Assembly: GCA_002788135.1 (NCBI GenBank)
Contig: PFQT01000053.1
Span: 1 to 39,862, forward strand
Reading direction: 5' to 3'
DNA length: 39,862 bases
Source: Candidatus Yonathbacteria bacterium CG_4_8_14_3_um_filter_46_25
GTDB taxonomy: Bacteria; Patescibacteriota; Minisyncoccia; Phycocordibacterales; UBA1539
The translations under genes were made by a program, and so were the position numbers. The notes below the pieces were generated by a model, which was not told where the DNA came from, ran no database searches, and saw nothing but the letters and a program-made list of their open reading frames with translations. Below, piece after piece: positions 17,146 through 28,300 of the stretch (its first letter is position 1; every line of letters begins with the position of its first letter).

Positions 17146-17721
17146 TCAAGATAAGATAAGACGAAGCAACATATCTCTCCCCTCTCCCGTTTTTGCGGAA
17201 AACGGCACAATGTCGTAATCGGGAATGCCGGCCGTGATGGACAGTTCTTTTTTTAATCGATAACGGACACTTTGTTTTGCTTTGTCGATTTTGTTTGCCA
17301 CCAGTATAACACGGTGGTGATTCTCACGCAAAATATCGAGCATGTCGCGATCAAGCGGAGTTACGCCGACATTCGCATCAACGATAAGCGCCACCGCGGC
17401 GGGTTTCACTCCCGCGTCAACCAAGTACCAGATCATCATCTTGCGCAATTTTTCACGCTTCTTTTCCGGTATCTTCGCGAACCCATATCCGGGCAGATCG
17501 ACAAAATATCGCTCGCCGTTCACGAGAAAAAAATTGATCTCTTGCGTTTTTCCCGGCGTTGTACTCGCTTTTACCAAAGTTTTTCTGCCGGTAAGAGTAT
17601 TGATGACGCTCGACTTGCCCGCGTTCGAGCGGCCGACAAAGGCGACGTGAGGAATACGCCCCTCCAAGATCGGATCGGTGCCAATGATCCCTTTGACGAA
17701 TTCGGCGGTGGTGATATTCAT
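17146..17721 (-). CDS. engB: Ribosome biogenesis GTPase EngB/YihA/YsxC
   Basis: GRSNAGKSS, TPGKTQ, VDLPGYG, NKIDK; ATGA overlap with the upstream gene. Confidence 0.93.
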   Translation of the reverse strand: MNITTAEFVKGIIGTDPILEGRIPHVAFVGRSNAGKSSVINTLTGRKTLVKASTTPGKTQEINFFLVNGERYFVDLPGYGFAKIPEKKREKLRKMMIWYLVDAGVKPAAVALIVDANVGVTPLDRDMLDILRENHHRVILVANKIDKAKQSVRYRLKKELSITAGIPDYDIVPFSAKTGEGRDMLLRLILS

Positions 17722-18002
17722 AGCCCCAAAATATTTCGCAGTTCGGCACTCGGCTTCCACGGCGGCTCGAACGTGATCTCGACACGGACATTCTCCGGCG
17801 CAAGTGGCGCAAGTGCTTCCTCAACCGACTCAATGATCTCTCCGCCGAAAGGACAGAGGGGTGACGTGAGCGTCATAACGACTTCGACACCGTCGTCAGT
17901 TTTAATCTCATAGATAAGACCAAGCGTGTAGATATCAATCCCGAGCTCCGGATCTTTTACTGTTTTTAATTTTTCGATAACGTTTTGTTCTTGAATGTTC
18001 AT
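17718..18002 (-). CDS. sufT: DUF59/SufT-like Fe-S assembly factor
   Basis: VKDPELGIDIYTLGLIY, MTLTSPLCP, FEPPW. Confidence 0.88.
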   Translation of the reverse strand: MNIQEQNVIEKLKTVKDPELGIDIYTLGLIYEIKTDDGVEVVMTLTSPLCPFGGEIIESVEEALAPLAPENVRVEITFEPPWKPSAELRNILGL

Positions 18003-18013
18003 AATATTTTTAG

Positions 18014-18751
18014 TTACTTCGCGGTTACGCGGTCAAACCCATTGGTACGAATCTTGGCAATAAGATCGCTTCCGCCCGACTCAATTATTTCTCCTCCGGC
18101 CATGACATACACCCGATCGGGATCGATATGATCGAGAATATGCACGGAATGAGAAACAAGCACGAAACAGGTCTTTTCTCCGCTCCGAAGAACACGCAAA
18201 GCCGCAAAAACACGCTTCTGCGCATCAATATCCACCCCCGAGTCAATCTCATCAAGGAACGCGAATTTGGGCATCACAAGAGAAAGGAGGAGTGCCTCGA
18301 GCAACTTCTTCTCTCCCCCCGAAAACCCAACATTGACCTCGCGCGCGAGAAGCCCTTCAGCGCCAAACTGCACGGCTTTCTCTTTGAGACCACGATGGAA
18401 TTCCATCGCTGGCACCTTTGTCCCCGTAAACGCCTCATAGGTCGTATGTAAAAAATGTGCGACACCGACGCCATCGATCTCCGGCGCGTGTTGCAGGGAA
18501 AGAAAAATGCCTCGACGCGCTTTCTCCTCGGTCGGCAAAGTAAGAATATCATCGCCGTCGAGCGTGATCGTTCCGCGCTTCACGGAATAGCCCGGGTGCC
18601 CCATGATCGCGTTCAAGAGACTCGACTTGCCCGATCCGTTGCGCCCCATAATAATGTGCGCCTCACCGGAAGCAAGCGAGAGCGACACGTCTTTGACCAC
18701 GGTCTTCCCTTCCGCCGACACTTCGATATTTTTTATTTCAAGCGTTGCCAT
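18014..18751 (-). CDS. sufC: Fe-S assembly ATPase SufC
   Basis: MGRNGSGKSSL, REVNVGFSGGEKK, LDEIDSGVDIDA. Confidence 0.92.
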   Translation of the reverse strand: MATLEIKNIEVSAEGKTVVKDVSLSLASGEAHIIMGRNGSGKSSLLNAIMGHPGYSVKRGTITLDGDDILTLPTEEKARRGIFLSLQHAPEIDGVGVAHFLHTTYEAFTGTKVPAMEFHRGLKEKAVQFGAEGLLAREVNVGFSGGEKKLLEALLLSLVMPKFAFLDEIDSGVDIDAQKRVFAALRVLRSGEKTCFVLVSHSVHILDHIDPDRVYVMAGGEIIESGGSDLIAKIRTNGFDRVTAK

Positions 18752-19121
18752 ATTTTTCTTTCAATATGCGTTCAAGCGCCCCATAACCAAGCAGAACGCA
18801 CGCGCTCCGCGAAGGACCGACTTTCCACCCGAGCAGTGTGTAAACATCGCCCGGCGTAAGGAGTCGCACATCCCCGATGTTCGCCCCGGATATCTTTTCC
18901 ACAAGGAGCGATGCGGCGGCGCGTGAGAGCGCGCACCCCTCCCCTTCGAATCCCACGTCGGCAATCACGCCATTGTCATTGAGTTTGAGATAGAGCGTCA
19001 ATTCGTCACCGCAGGTCGTATTGCGCTTTTTACCTTTCAAATCAAAATCGACAAGCGCCCCGTAATGTCGCGGGTTATGGTAGTGATCCAAGATATTTTC
19101 TTTGTAGAGTTCCTCTTCCAT
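18738..19121 (-). CDS. sufU: SufU/IscU-family scaffold or sulfur-transfer protein
   Basis: LYKENILDHYHNPRH, NTTCGD, GEGCALSRAAAS, RSACVLL. Confidence 0.88.
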   Translation of the reverse strand: MEEELYKENILDHYHNPRHYGALVDFDLKGKKRNTTCGDELTLYLKLNDNGVIADVGFEGEGCALSRAAASLLVEKISGANIGDVRLLTPGDVYTLLGWKVGPSRSACVLLGYGALERILKEKYGNA

Positions 19122-19122
19122 A

Positions 19123-20352
19123 TTATCGTTTTGAAAAAAAATTAACTGCTTCACGAACGGAGGCCGTGAGTATGTCAAGGTCGGTTTTATCATTATAGAG
19201 ATAAAGACTCGCGCGAGTAACCGCCGGCAGAGAAAGACTTTTCACGAGCGGTTCGGCGCAGTGATATCCAGCACGCAAGGCGATGCCGTTTCGCCCCACA
19301 ATCTCGGCAATATCATGCGGATGAATGTCGTCAACCGAGAACGCGATGATGCCCCCGTTCTCGCGCGGATTTCGCTTCCCAACGATTGTAACGCCCAATA
19401 CTCTCTCAATTTCTTCCACAGCGTATAAAAGAAGTCCGCGAACATATTCATGGATACTCTCGACCCCAATCGCGGTGAGATACTCCGCGGCGGCGGCAAG
19501 TCCGATCGCGCCTGCGATATTCTGCGTACCCGGCTCAAATCGCTGGGGCGGCTCGCGCCACACGACATCGCTCTCTCCAACCGACTCGACAATCCCGCCG
19601 CCCATGATGTTCGGTTCAAGTTTCGCCAAGAGATCACGCTTACCATAAAGCACGCCGATGCCGGTCGGCCCGCACATCTTGTGACCGGAAAATACCAAAA
19701 AATCGCAAGCGAGTTCGCGCACATTGACCGGAATATGCCCGACCGCTTCGGTAGCATCAACGATCATGATCGCACCAACCCGATGCGCGAGATCGGCGAT
19801 CAACCGTACGTCGTTGATTGTACCGAGTACATTGCTCACGAGCACGATCGACACAATCTTGACACCATCCGTGATAACACGCTTCGCCTCCTCATAGTCA
19901 AGCCCAAAGTCTTTCATAACGCCGATACGCACCAGTTTCGCACCATTCTTGCGAGCGAGATTCCAAAGCGGCAGGTATGAACTGTGATGCTCCATCATGG
20001 TGGAGACGATCGTGTCACCACTACCGATATCAAGATACTCGGCAAGACCGGCAACAAGCATATTCATTCCCGCGGTCGAGCCGCTCGTGAACACCACTTC
20101 ACTCGCTTGCGCGCCAATAAAGTTCGCGAGAGTCTGCCGTGCGTTTTCAAAGCGCTCGGTTGCCATCTCGGCAATGCCGTATCCACCGCGATGAATATTG
20201 GAGCGATAGCACGTGTAGTATTTTTCCATCGCCGCAAGTACTTGCCGCGGCGTTTGCGAGGTCGCCGCGTTATCGAGGTAGACAAGTTCGGGGTTATTCT
20301 CGAATATCGGAAAATCCTTTTTTATTTTTTTCGTATCAAACACTACGCTCAT
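19123..20352 (-). CDS. sufS: Cysteine desulfurase, SufS family
   Basis: YLDNAATSQ, FSGHKMCGPTGIG, LRAGYHCAEP. Confidence 0.93.
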   Translation of the reverse strand: MSVVFDTKKIKKDFPIFENNPELVYLDNAATSQTPRQVLAAMEKYYTCYRSNIHRGGYGIAEMATERFENARQTLANFIGAQASEVVFTSGSTAGMNMLVAGLAEYLDIGSGDTIVSTMMEHHSSYLPLWNLARKNGAKLVRIGVMKDFGLDYEEAKRVITDGVKIVSIVLVSNVLGTINDVRLIADLAHRVGAIMIVDATEAVGHIPVNVRELACDFLVFSGHKMCGPTGIGVLYGKRDLLAKLEPNIMGGGIVESVGESDVVWREPPQRFEPGTQNIAGAIGLAAAAEYLTAIGVESIHEYVRGLLLYAVEEIERVLGVTIVGKRNPRENGGIIAFSVDDIHPHDIAEIVGRNGIALRAGYHCAEPLVKSLSLPAVTRASLYLYNDKTDLDILTASVREAVNFFSKR

Positions 20353-20361
20353 GGAATGATT

Positions 20362-21723
20362 TTATTTTTCGAGCTCAAACTCGATGAGCTTATTGAGCTC
20401 GAGCGCGTACTCGAGCGGAAGCGCTTTTATGACGGGACCGACGAATCCAGACACAATAAGCTTGATCGCCTCCTCTTCGGTGTATCCTCTGCTTTTGAGA
20501 TAGAAAATTTCTTTCTCGCCGATACGACCGACGCGTGCTTCGTGAGCGACGCTCACTTTGTCATTGTGTGTCTTGACCGCCGGATAGGTATTTGATTGTG
20601 ACTTGTTGTCGAGAATGAGCGAATCGCACACAACGGATGACACCGCGTTCTCGGCGTTCGCCGCAATCTTCACCATTCCCCGATATTCCGCAATCCCGCC
20701 ATCTTTTGAAACGGACTTCGAACGAATGATCGAGGTGGTGTTGGGCGCGCGGTGGTCGGCTTTCGCGCCGACATCCTGTATCTGCCCCGCTCCGGCGAAC
20801 ACGATTCCCGTGCTCTCAGTGCGAGCACTGTCGCCAAGAAGAATGGACGACGGATACAGCATGGTCACCGCCGATCCCATGTTGCCGTTGAGCCATTCGA
20901 TCGAACCGTGCTCATAGACAAGCGCGCGCTTGGTGTTCAAATTGTAGGTGTTGGCCGACCAATTCTCAATGCTTGAGTATTTCATCCGCGCACCCGGAAG
21001 CACAAAGAGCTCGACGCACCCGGCATGCAAAGACGATGCGTTGTAACGCGGCGCCGAACATCCTTCGATATAGTCCACGCTCGACCCTTCGTCGGCGATG
21101 ATAAGCGTGTGCTCGAACTGCCCTGAGCTCGGACGGTTCATGCGGAAATACGCCTGAAGCGGCATCTCAACGTGCACACCCTTCGGAACATAGATGAACG
21201 TTCCCCCGCTCCACACCGCGCCGTGGAGCATCGTGAACTTGTGGTCGCCCGCGGGGACACATTCCGACATAAAATATTTTTTGACAAGCTCGGGGTGTTT
21301 CTTGAGTGCTGTATCCATGTTCTCGAAGATTACCCCTTTGTCGGCAAGTGACTTTTTGAGGCGATGGTACACGACGCCGGAATCATACTGCGCGCCAACA
21401 CCGCCGAGATAATCGCGCTCAGCTTTCGGGATGCCAAGCTTCTCGAATGTTTCTATCACATCTTTGGGCAATTCCTTCCAGTCGTCTGATTCGGCAACAC
21501 CCGGGTCGGCATAGTAGCAGAGATTTGGCAGATCAAGACCGGAGAGGTCGGGGCCGAATTTCGGAAGCGGCGTCTTTTGGTACAAATCAAAGGCCGCGAA
21601 TCGTTTCTCGCGCATCCACTCCGGCTCGCCCTTGTGCTCGGAAATATACTCAACAAGCTCGCGAGAAAGCCCCTTCAACATGCTCGGAGTAAGTTCTTTA
21701 TTGTGCTTTGTGTCCATTGACAT
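20362..21723 (-). CDS. sufB: Fe-S assembly protein SufB
   Basis: PLQAYFRMN, GQFEHTLI, YIEGCSAP, HEARVGRI, LPLEYALEL. Confidence 0.95.
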   Translation of the reverse strand: MSMDTKHNKELTPSMLKGLSRELVEYISEHKGEPEWMREKRFAAFDLYQKTPLPKFGPDLSGLDLPNLCYYADPGVAESDDWKELPKDVIETFEKLGIPKAERDYLGGVGAQYDSGVVYHRLKKSLADKGVIFENMDTALKKHPELVKKYFMSECVPAGDHKFTMLHGAVWSGGTFIYVPKGVHVEMPLQAYFRMNRPSSGQFEHTLIIADEGSSVDYIEGCSAPRYNASSLHAGCVELFVLPGARMKYSSIENWSANTYNLNTKRALVYEHGSIEWLNGNMGSAVTMLYPSSILLGDSARTESTGIVFAGAGQIQDVGAKADHRAPNTTSIIRSKSVSKDGGIAEYRGMVKIAANAENAVSSVVCDSLILDNKSQSNTYPAVKTHNDKVSVAHEARVGRIGEKEIFYLKSRGYTEEEAIKLIVSGFVGPVIKALPLEYALELNKLIEFELEK

Positions 21724-21769
21724 ATTCACTTCAATGTTACATTAACTTACACTATTGAATGCGATATGT

Positions 21770-21816
21770 CTATCTCATTCCACTTGGGAGTCGGACTCCC
21801 AAGTGGAATGAGATAG
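21770..21816. repeat. Perfect 47-bp palindrome, REP-like core CACTTGGGAGTC-G-GACTCCCAAGTG
   Basis: 23-bp arms CTATCTCATTCCACTTGGGAGTC / GACTCCCAAGTGGAATGAGATAG. Confidence 0.92.
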
Positions 21817-22120
21817 TGTTGGTTAGTGGTTAATGACCCATATCAGGAATGCCAATGCATTTTACAGTGAACAACAAAGTACTATTTGATATTTAAGATC
21901 AATCCTCTGTTGAGACACCTGCTCATCAGTCAGATCATCATTTACCGTAAGCACCCGATACGCCAGATAGCCGAAAATCCCACCCGCAAGGAAGGTGCTA
22001 TATATTTTCTAAAACATCTCTTTATCTTTTCTTTAACATCGGGTTGATCATTGTTGATCGCTTGGAGGATGAACCTCAAAGAGCGCTGGGCACAGTAACG
22101 ACCAAATTTTGCAGGATATA

Positions 22121-23479
22121 TTAATAATTCCGCAAACGGCGCACTTTGTCATGATGGCGGATTTTTTCGAGTGCCTTTGCTTCGATCTGGCGGATGCGTT
22201 CACGGGTGACTCCGAACTCTTTTCCTACTTCCTCAAGGGTGTGCATCACACCGTCAATGAGTCCGTGGCGAAGCTCCAATATTTTGCGCTCTTTGAGCGA
22301 GAGGTCGTTCAAAATATCCTTGATCTGGTCGGTCAATATTCGTCGAGCCGAATCCTGATCGGGTGAGAGTATTTTATCGTCAGCGATAAATTCTCCGAGA
22401 GTTGATTTGTCCTCGTCATCACCGATCGGCTTCTCGAGAGAAACCGTACCGTGATCAATCTTCGTGATCGTGTGGATCTTCTCGACATCAACTCCCATTT
22501 CAGTCGCGATCTCTTCGGGAAGCGGTTCGCGGCCAAGGTCCTGCGAGAGCCGACGGAACACCTGCTTGTATTTCGCGATCGTCTCCACCATGTGAACTGG
22601 GATACGAATCGTGCGCGATTGGTCGGCAAGCGCACGCGTGATCGCCTGCCGAATCCACCATGTTGCGTACGTTGAGAACTTAAATCCTTTCGTCCATTCA
22701 AACTTATCAACCGCCTTAAAAAGCCCCAGGTTCCCTTCCTGAATAAGGTCAAGGAGTGTCAGGTCAGGACTTCGGCCGACATATTTTTTCGCTATTGAAA
22801 CAACAAGCCGCAAGTTTGCGCGAGCAAGGAGATTGCGCGCCTCTTCATCGCCCGCCTCGATTCGTTGTGCAAACTCACGCTCTTCCTGCGCCGTCAAAAG
22901 CGGATACTGCCCAATTTCGCGCAGATACATCTGGATCGAATCATATGAAGAATCGCGACCACCATAGGTGTATTTCTTCCCCAAAACTTCTTCATCCGCG
23001 GCATCCAAAAGTCCGCCGCTATCGAGGATGTCAATACCGGCATCGGAGAATCTTTCATAGAGAACATCGAGGAAAGTGATATTCTCCTCGATCTTCGGAA
23101 AATGCTTAAGCATCTCGTCATAAGTAATGAATCCGCGTGAGCGCCCCTTTTCAATGAGCACTTTGGAATTTTTTTCAAAATCGTCATGGCCGCGGGGCGC
23201 TTTTTTGCGGGGTGCTTCCTTCGCGGGAACTAGCTTCGCTTTCTCTGACTTAATCACTTTTTTCTTCGCAACGGGAGTTTTCTTTTTTGCGGAAACTGCT
23301 CGCGCGCTTACCGTGCCATTCCTTAGTGGAGAGGTAGTTTTGCGTTTTGTCGTAGACGCGCTCTTTCGCGGGGCGGTCTTCACATGAAGTTTCGACACAC
23401 TGCGAGCGCGAGCTGGTTTCTTTTTAAGCATTGTCTTTTTTACCGCGCTTGATTGCTTTATTTTTGCCTTGGTTGCCAT
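22121..23479 (-). CDS. rpoD: Primary sigma factor RpoD with Lys/Ala-rich N-terminal extension
   Basis: Region 1.1 [60 protein letters not shown]. Confidence 0.95.
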   Translation of the reverse strand: MATKAKIKQSSAVKKTMLKKKPARARSVSKLHVKTAPRKSASTTKRKTTSPLRNGTVSARAVSAKKKTPVAKKKVIKSEKAKLVPAKEAPRKKAPRGHDDFEKNSKVLIEKGRSRGFITYDEMLKHFPKIEENITFLDVLYERFSDAGIDILDSGGLLDAADEEVLGKKYTYGGRDSSYDSIQMYLREIGQYPLLTAQEEREFAQRIEAGDEEARNLLARANLRLVVSIAKKYVGRSPDLTLLDLIQEGNLGLFKAVDKFEWTKGFKFSTYATWWIRQAITRALADQSRTIRIPVHMVETIAKYKQVFRRLSQDLGREPLPEEIATEMGVDVEKIHTITKIDHGTVSLEKPIGDDEDKSTLGEFIADDKILSPDQDSARRILTDQIKDILNDLSLKERKILELRHGLIDGVMHTLEEVGKEFGVTRERIRQIEAKALEKIRHHDKVRRLRNY

Positions 23480-23533
23480 ACAATGAAAAAGTGAAGGTTA
23501 TATTATATGATATTGATAATTCTCTCCACGACA

Positions 23534-25270
23534 CTACTTCAACGCGTTGATCTTCTTCGAAATATCTTGACACTTCGCGAGCAAAGCGATCGACCGCTCT
23601 TTGTCGTTTTCGTGCTCAGCTTTTTTAAGATCCATCATCGTTTTTGAAAATTCTTCTTTTAACACCTCTTCGCGGAAATAGTGAAGAAGTTCTCTTACTT
23701 CGGCTTCCATATCTTCGGTGCCATCATAATATGCCTCTGCTTCGAATATACGTTCTTTTTGCTCTGTTTCGGCGATACTGGCGATATGCGAGATGTCTTT
23801 TGCGCCGAGGATGATGGCGTATTCGGTTCGCAGATATTTAACGTCAATCGACGGTTTTTTCATCTCATCCTGCCAGAGTATGATCCCGATGATCTTTCGT
23901 TCAACGAGCTCTTTACGGGTGGTGATCGTCGCGAGTATCTCTTGCTCTCGCGCTTTTTTATCCTGCTCATTATTTTTATTTTTCGCTCCGGTGGCGCGGA
24001 TTATTGATTCTTTCTTTTTAAGTTCTTCCCATATCGGATCCTCGGAGGTCATTTGCAACATTCGCGCAACCTCAGAAACGAAATATGCTTGCCGCATTTT
24101 TCCGGAAAGGGCGGCGATGTAGGGCAATACCGTTTCACTGATATTGAGACCAAGCGTGCGTTTATCGTGCCCTTGCGAGCTCAAAAGTTCGAGATAGTAG
24201 TCAATGACGTGCTTCGCGGAACCGACAAGCTCTTTCCAGCGCGCAGAATCATCGAGGATGAGCTCGGCCGGGTCGCGTCCGTCCGGCAAAGTTACGATAT
24301 GTACGTCCATACCGAGCGAAAGCGCGCTGTTAATCCCCCGCGCGGACGCCTTGATACCCGCCGCATCAGGATCGAACGCAAAAACAAGATTGTCGGTAAA
24401 TCGCTTGATAATCTTCAAGTGCCCTTCAGTAAGAGCTGTCCCTGACACCGCGACGGTGTTCTTTGCTCCCGCTTGATGAGACATAAGGAGATCCATCTGA
24501 CCTTCTACAAGAATACATGCGTCTTCACGCTTGATCTCCAAACGCGCTTTATCGAATCCATAGAGCACTCGCGACTTGTCGTAGAGATCGGTCGCCGGTG
24601 TGTTAACATACTTAGCGCCCCGATTCTCTTCTTCTCCGCCGAACAATCTTCCGGAGAAACCGATTACTCTGCCCGAAATGTCCGCGATAGGAAACATGAT
24701 CCTGCCGCGGAACCGATCGTAGTATCCCTTGTCACCTCGTACGACGAGTCCGACTTTCTCCATCTGCGCATCAGAGAATTTCTCTCCTCGCAGAAACGCA
24801 TGAAGCGAGTTCCATGAATCGCGCGCGTATCCGACTCGAAACTCTTTCGCGGTTTTCCCCGAAAGCCCGCGTTTCTTTAAGTAATCAATGGCTTCTTGTT
24901 CTTCTTTGAGACGCGCTTCAAAAAATTGCGTCGCCTTCTCGAGAATGTTGAACTGCAATTCAGCTTCCGTAGCTTTTTTTCGATCGAAGGTTGTTATTTT
25001 GATACCAGCCCGGTCGGCGAGTGTCTTGAGCGCGCCGGCGAAGTCGGTTCCTTCTATCTCTTCTACAAAACTGACAATGTCTCCACCTTTGCCGCATCCG
25101 AAACAGTGGAATGATTGCCGTGAAGGCGACACAAAGAATGAGGGTGTCTTTTCGCTATGGAACGGGCAGCGCGCTTTTAGGTTTGTGCCGGCGCTCTCAA
25201 GCTTGACATATGTGCCGATGACTTCGACGACATCAAGACGTGATTTTATTTGTTCCACTGTAGAAGACAT
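23534..25270 (-). CDS. dnaG: DNA primase
   Basis: CPFHSEKTPSF, CFGCGKGGD Zn finger, DRFRGRIMFPI, TOPRIM VEGQMD and FDPDAAG. Confidence 0.96.
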   Translation of the reverse strand: MSSTVEQIKSRLDVVEVIGTYVKLESAGTNLKARCPFHSEKTPSFFVSPSRQSFHCFGCGKGGDIVSFVEEIEGTDFAGALKTLADRAGIKITTFDRKKATEAELQFNILEKATQFFEARLKEEQEAIDYLKKRGLSGKTAKEFRVGYARDSWNSLHAFLRGEKFSDAQMEKVGLVVRGDKGYYDRFRGRIMFPIADISGRVIGFSGRLFGGEEENRGAKYVNTPATDLYDKSRVLYGFDKARLEIKREDACILVEGQMDLLMSHQAGAKNTVAVSGTALTEGHLKIIKRFTDNLVFAFDPDAAGIKASARGINSALSLGMDVHIVTLPDGRDPAELILDDSARWKELVGSAKHVIDYYLELLSSQGHDKRTLGLNISETVLPYIAALSGKMRQAYFVSEVARMLQMTSEDPIWEELKKKESIIRATGAKNKNNEQDKKAREQEILATITTRKELVERKIIGIILWQDEMKKPSIDVKYLRTEYAIILGAKDISHIASIAETEQKERIFEAEAYYDGTEDMEAEVRELLHYFREEVLKEEFSKTMMDLKKAEHENDKERSIALLAKCQDISKKINALK

Positions 25271-25371
25271 GAACGAAAAGTTTGCGCGTTACCGACCGCG
25301 CACGCACGCCAAGCGTGCATATCAGATAACTACTCATGCTATTCTCTCGCCCGAACACTGCAAGGCATCGC

Positions 25372-28300
25372 TCATTCCACAGGAGCGCTATCTTTTTCTC
25401 TGTCACTTGCCACCTTCTCTTTTATCCGGGCCCCTGTGCCTACCGGAATGAGTCTGCCTAATATGACATTCTCTTTGAGGCCTCGGAGTTGATCTTCGGT
25501 TCCGCGAATGGCAGTTTCGATGAGTACGCGGGTGGTGTTTTCGAATGAAGCGGCGGAAAGCCAGCTTTTGGTGGTGAGCGCGACGTCGGAAATCCCGAGT
25601 ACAATCGAGATCGCGGTCGCCACTTCTCCTCCTCCCGCTTTTACTTTTTCATTTTCAGCATTGAATACCGATTTGTCGACAACGGACCCGATAATGAATT
25701 TCGTATCCCCCGCTTCTTTTATTCTGACGCGAGCGAACATTTGTCGGACAATGACTTCAATATGTTTTTTACAGATCGATGCTCCCTGCAGTTCATATAT
25801 GCGATTCACTTCGTTAAGAATATAATCTTGGGTCGCGTCTTTCGTGCTATATTTGAAGAGTTCTGAAATATCAGCCGAACCGTCGGTTAGAATGTCGCCT
25901 TTCTTCACCGTATCGCCAACCTTGACGCGCGACATCCTTTTGAGAGGAACGATGTATTCCACGCGCTCCTTTCCTTTTGTTTTTGTTGCCGGATCAGCAA
26001 GGACAATGATTTTTTTGCCATCCATTGAATTTTCAACCTCGATGACCTCGCCATCGGAAACATTGATGACTGCCGCGCTCTTGGGGATTTTGCGTTCGAA
26101 TATCTCCTCAACGCGAGGAAGACCCTGCGTAATGTCTCCTCCGACGGACGCGATGCCTCCAGCATGAAACGTTCTCATGGTCAACTGAGTGCCCGGTTCT
26201 CCAATCGCCTGCGCCGCGACAATACCGACCGCTTCTCCAAGTTTAACAAGTTTGTTTCTTCCGGGATCGACACCGTAACATTTCTGGCAAACACCGTACA
26301 AAGTTTTACAGGTAAGCGGAGAACGGACGAACGCTTCGGTAACACCAGCCTCTTCCGCCTTGATCGCGTCCTTTTTTGAAACAATCGCTCCTTTTTTAAA
26401 CAAAACTTTTCCATCGACGCCAACAACGTCTTTCGCCAAAATTCTTCCGCGCAAATTCTTTGAAATCGGCGTTTCGAATCCGGCAAGATTTTGCTTCGTG
26501 ACACGCTTTCCTTCTTTTTCTCCGCAGTCTTCCTCAGTAATGATCGCGTCCTGTGCGACATCAACCAAACGCCTGGTAAGATATCCTGCCTTTGCGGTCT
26601 TGAGGGCGGTGTCGGCAAGACCTTTTCTCGAACCATGTGTCGTAACGAAATATTCTATCGGAGAAAGACCTTCTTTTGCCGACGGAATAATCGGAAAATC
26701 AATCGTTCTTCCCGCCGTATTGACGATAAGTCCTTTCATTCCGGCCATCTGGACAATCTGCGAGATCGATCCGCGCGCGCCAGAATGAAGCATGTCGCTC
26801 ACCGGCCCGTCTTTGGCAAGCGTTCCCGGGATGACGCGCTCTATCAAGTCGCGTGTTTCCTGCCAAACTGAAATGACCTTTCTGAAGCGTTCTTCATTTG
26901 CGAGCAATCCTTCATCGTATTGATCTTGTATCACCGCAATCTTCTTTCGCGCCCCTTCGATGATCCCTTTCTTCTCCGCAGGAACCTGAACCTCGTCAAT
27001 ACCCCAAGTGATCCCCGACTGAGTAACATATTTATAACCGAACGCTTTTATCTTATCGAGTATTTTTGGTGTTCCCTCCATGCCATAGCGTTCAATGATA
27101 TCTTCAACGATCTCTCCAAGTCCTCGTTTGTTCACCTCTTTGTTGATATAGGCAAAGTCGCTCGGTAAAACGCTATTGAAAAGAAGTCTTCCGACGGAGG
27201 TTTCAAAAAGTTTGCTTTCGTACGCGCCATATTTCGGACTATCGGTCGGCATCACCTTGATCTTTGATCGGAATCCGACCAGTCCAAAGTCATATGCCAT
27301 AATGGCGCTATTGGGATTGGGAAATACTTTCCCCTCGCCAACTTCGCCGTCAATCACTTTCGTCATCCAGTAACAACCGAGTACGATATCAAGTTCCGGA
27401 TTGACGATCGGATCTCCGTTTCCCGGTCCCAAAAGATTCTGATTGGATGCCATAAGGTCACGCGCTTCCTGTTGCGCTTCATCGGAGAGCGGAACATGCA
27501 CCGCCATCTGGTCTCCGTCAAAATCGGCGTTGAACGCGCGACAAACAAGCGGGTGCACCATAATCGCGTTTCCTTCGATTAAGATTGGATTGAATGCTTG
27601 AATACCCAAACGGTGAAGAGTCGGAGCGCGGTTTAAAAGAACAAATTTATTCTTTATCACCTCCTCGAGGATTGCCCATACGTCGGGGTGTCCGTCGTCG
27701 ATAATCCTTCCCGCTCCCCGTATATTGAAAGCGAGTTCCCGTTCAAGTATTTTTGATATCACGAACGGGCGGAAAAGTTCAAGCGCCATGTGCTTAGGGA
27801 GCCCGCACTGATTGAGCTTAAGATCGGGACCGACGACGATAACCGATCGTCCCGAATAGTCGACGCGCTTGCCGAGAAGGTTTTGTCTGAAAAGTCCTTG
27901 TTTCCCTTTGAGAGTGTCGGCGATCGACTTGAGTGCTCTTTTTTGCGATTGACTTACCGCCGCCGTTTGGATGCGCCGGATCGAATTATCGATAAGCGAG
28001 TCGACCGCTTCCTGCAAGATCCTTTTCTCATTGCGCAAGATCACTTCCGGTGCGCCTATTTCTTTTAACTTTTTAAGTCGGTTATTACGGTTTATGACTC
28101 GTCGATACAGATCGTTGACATCGGAGGTCGCATGCCGTCCGCCCTCAAGAGCCACCATTGGTCGAAGCGCCGGCGGCGTCACCGGAATCATGGTAAGAAA
28201 CATCCACTCGGGCATGACACCGGAGATAATAAGCGATTTTATCAACCCCAAACGTTTTCTCAATTTTGTCTTTTCAGCCGTTTTTGCTTTTTCCAATCTT

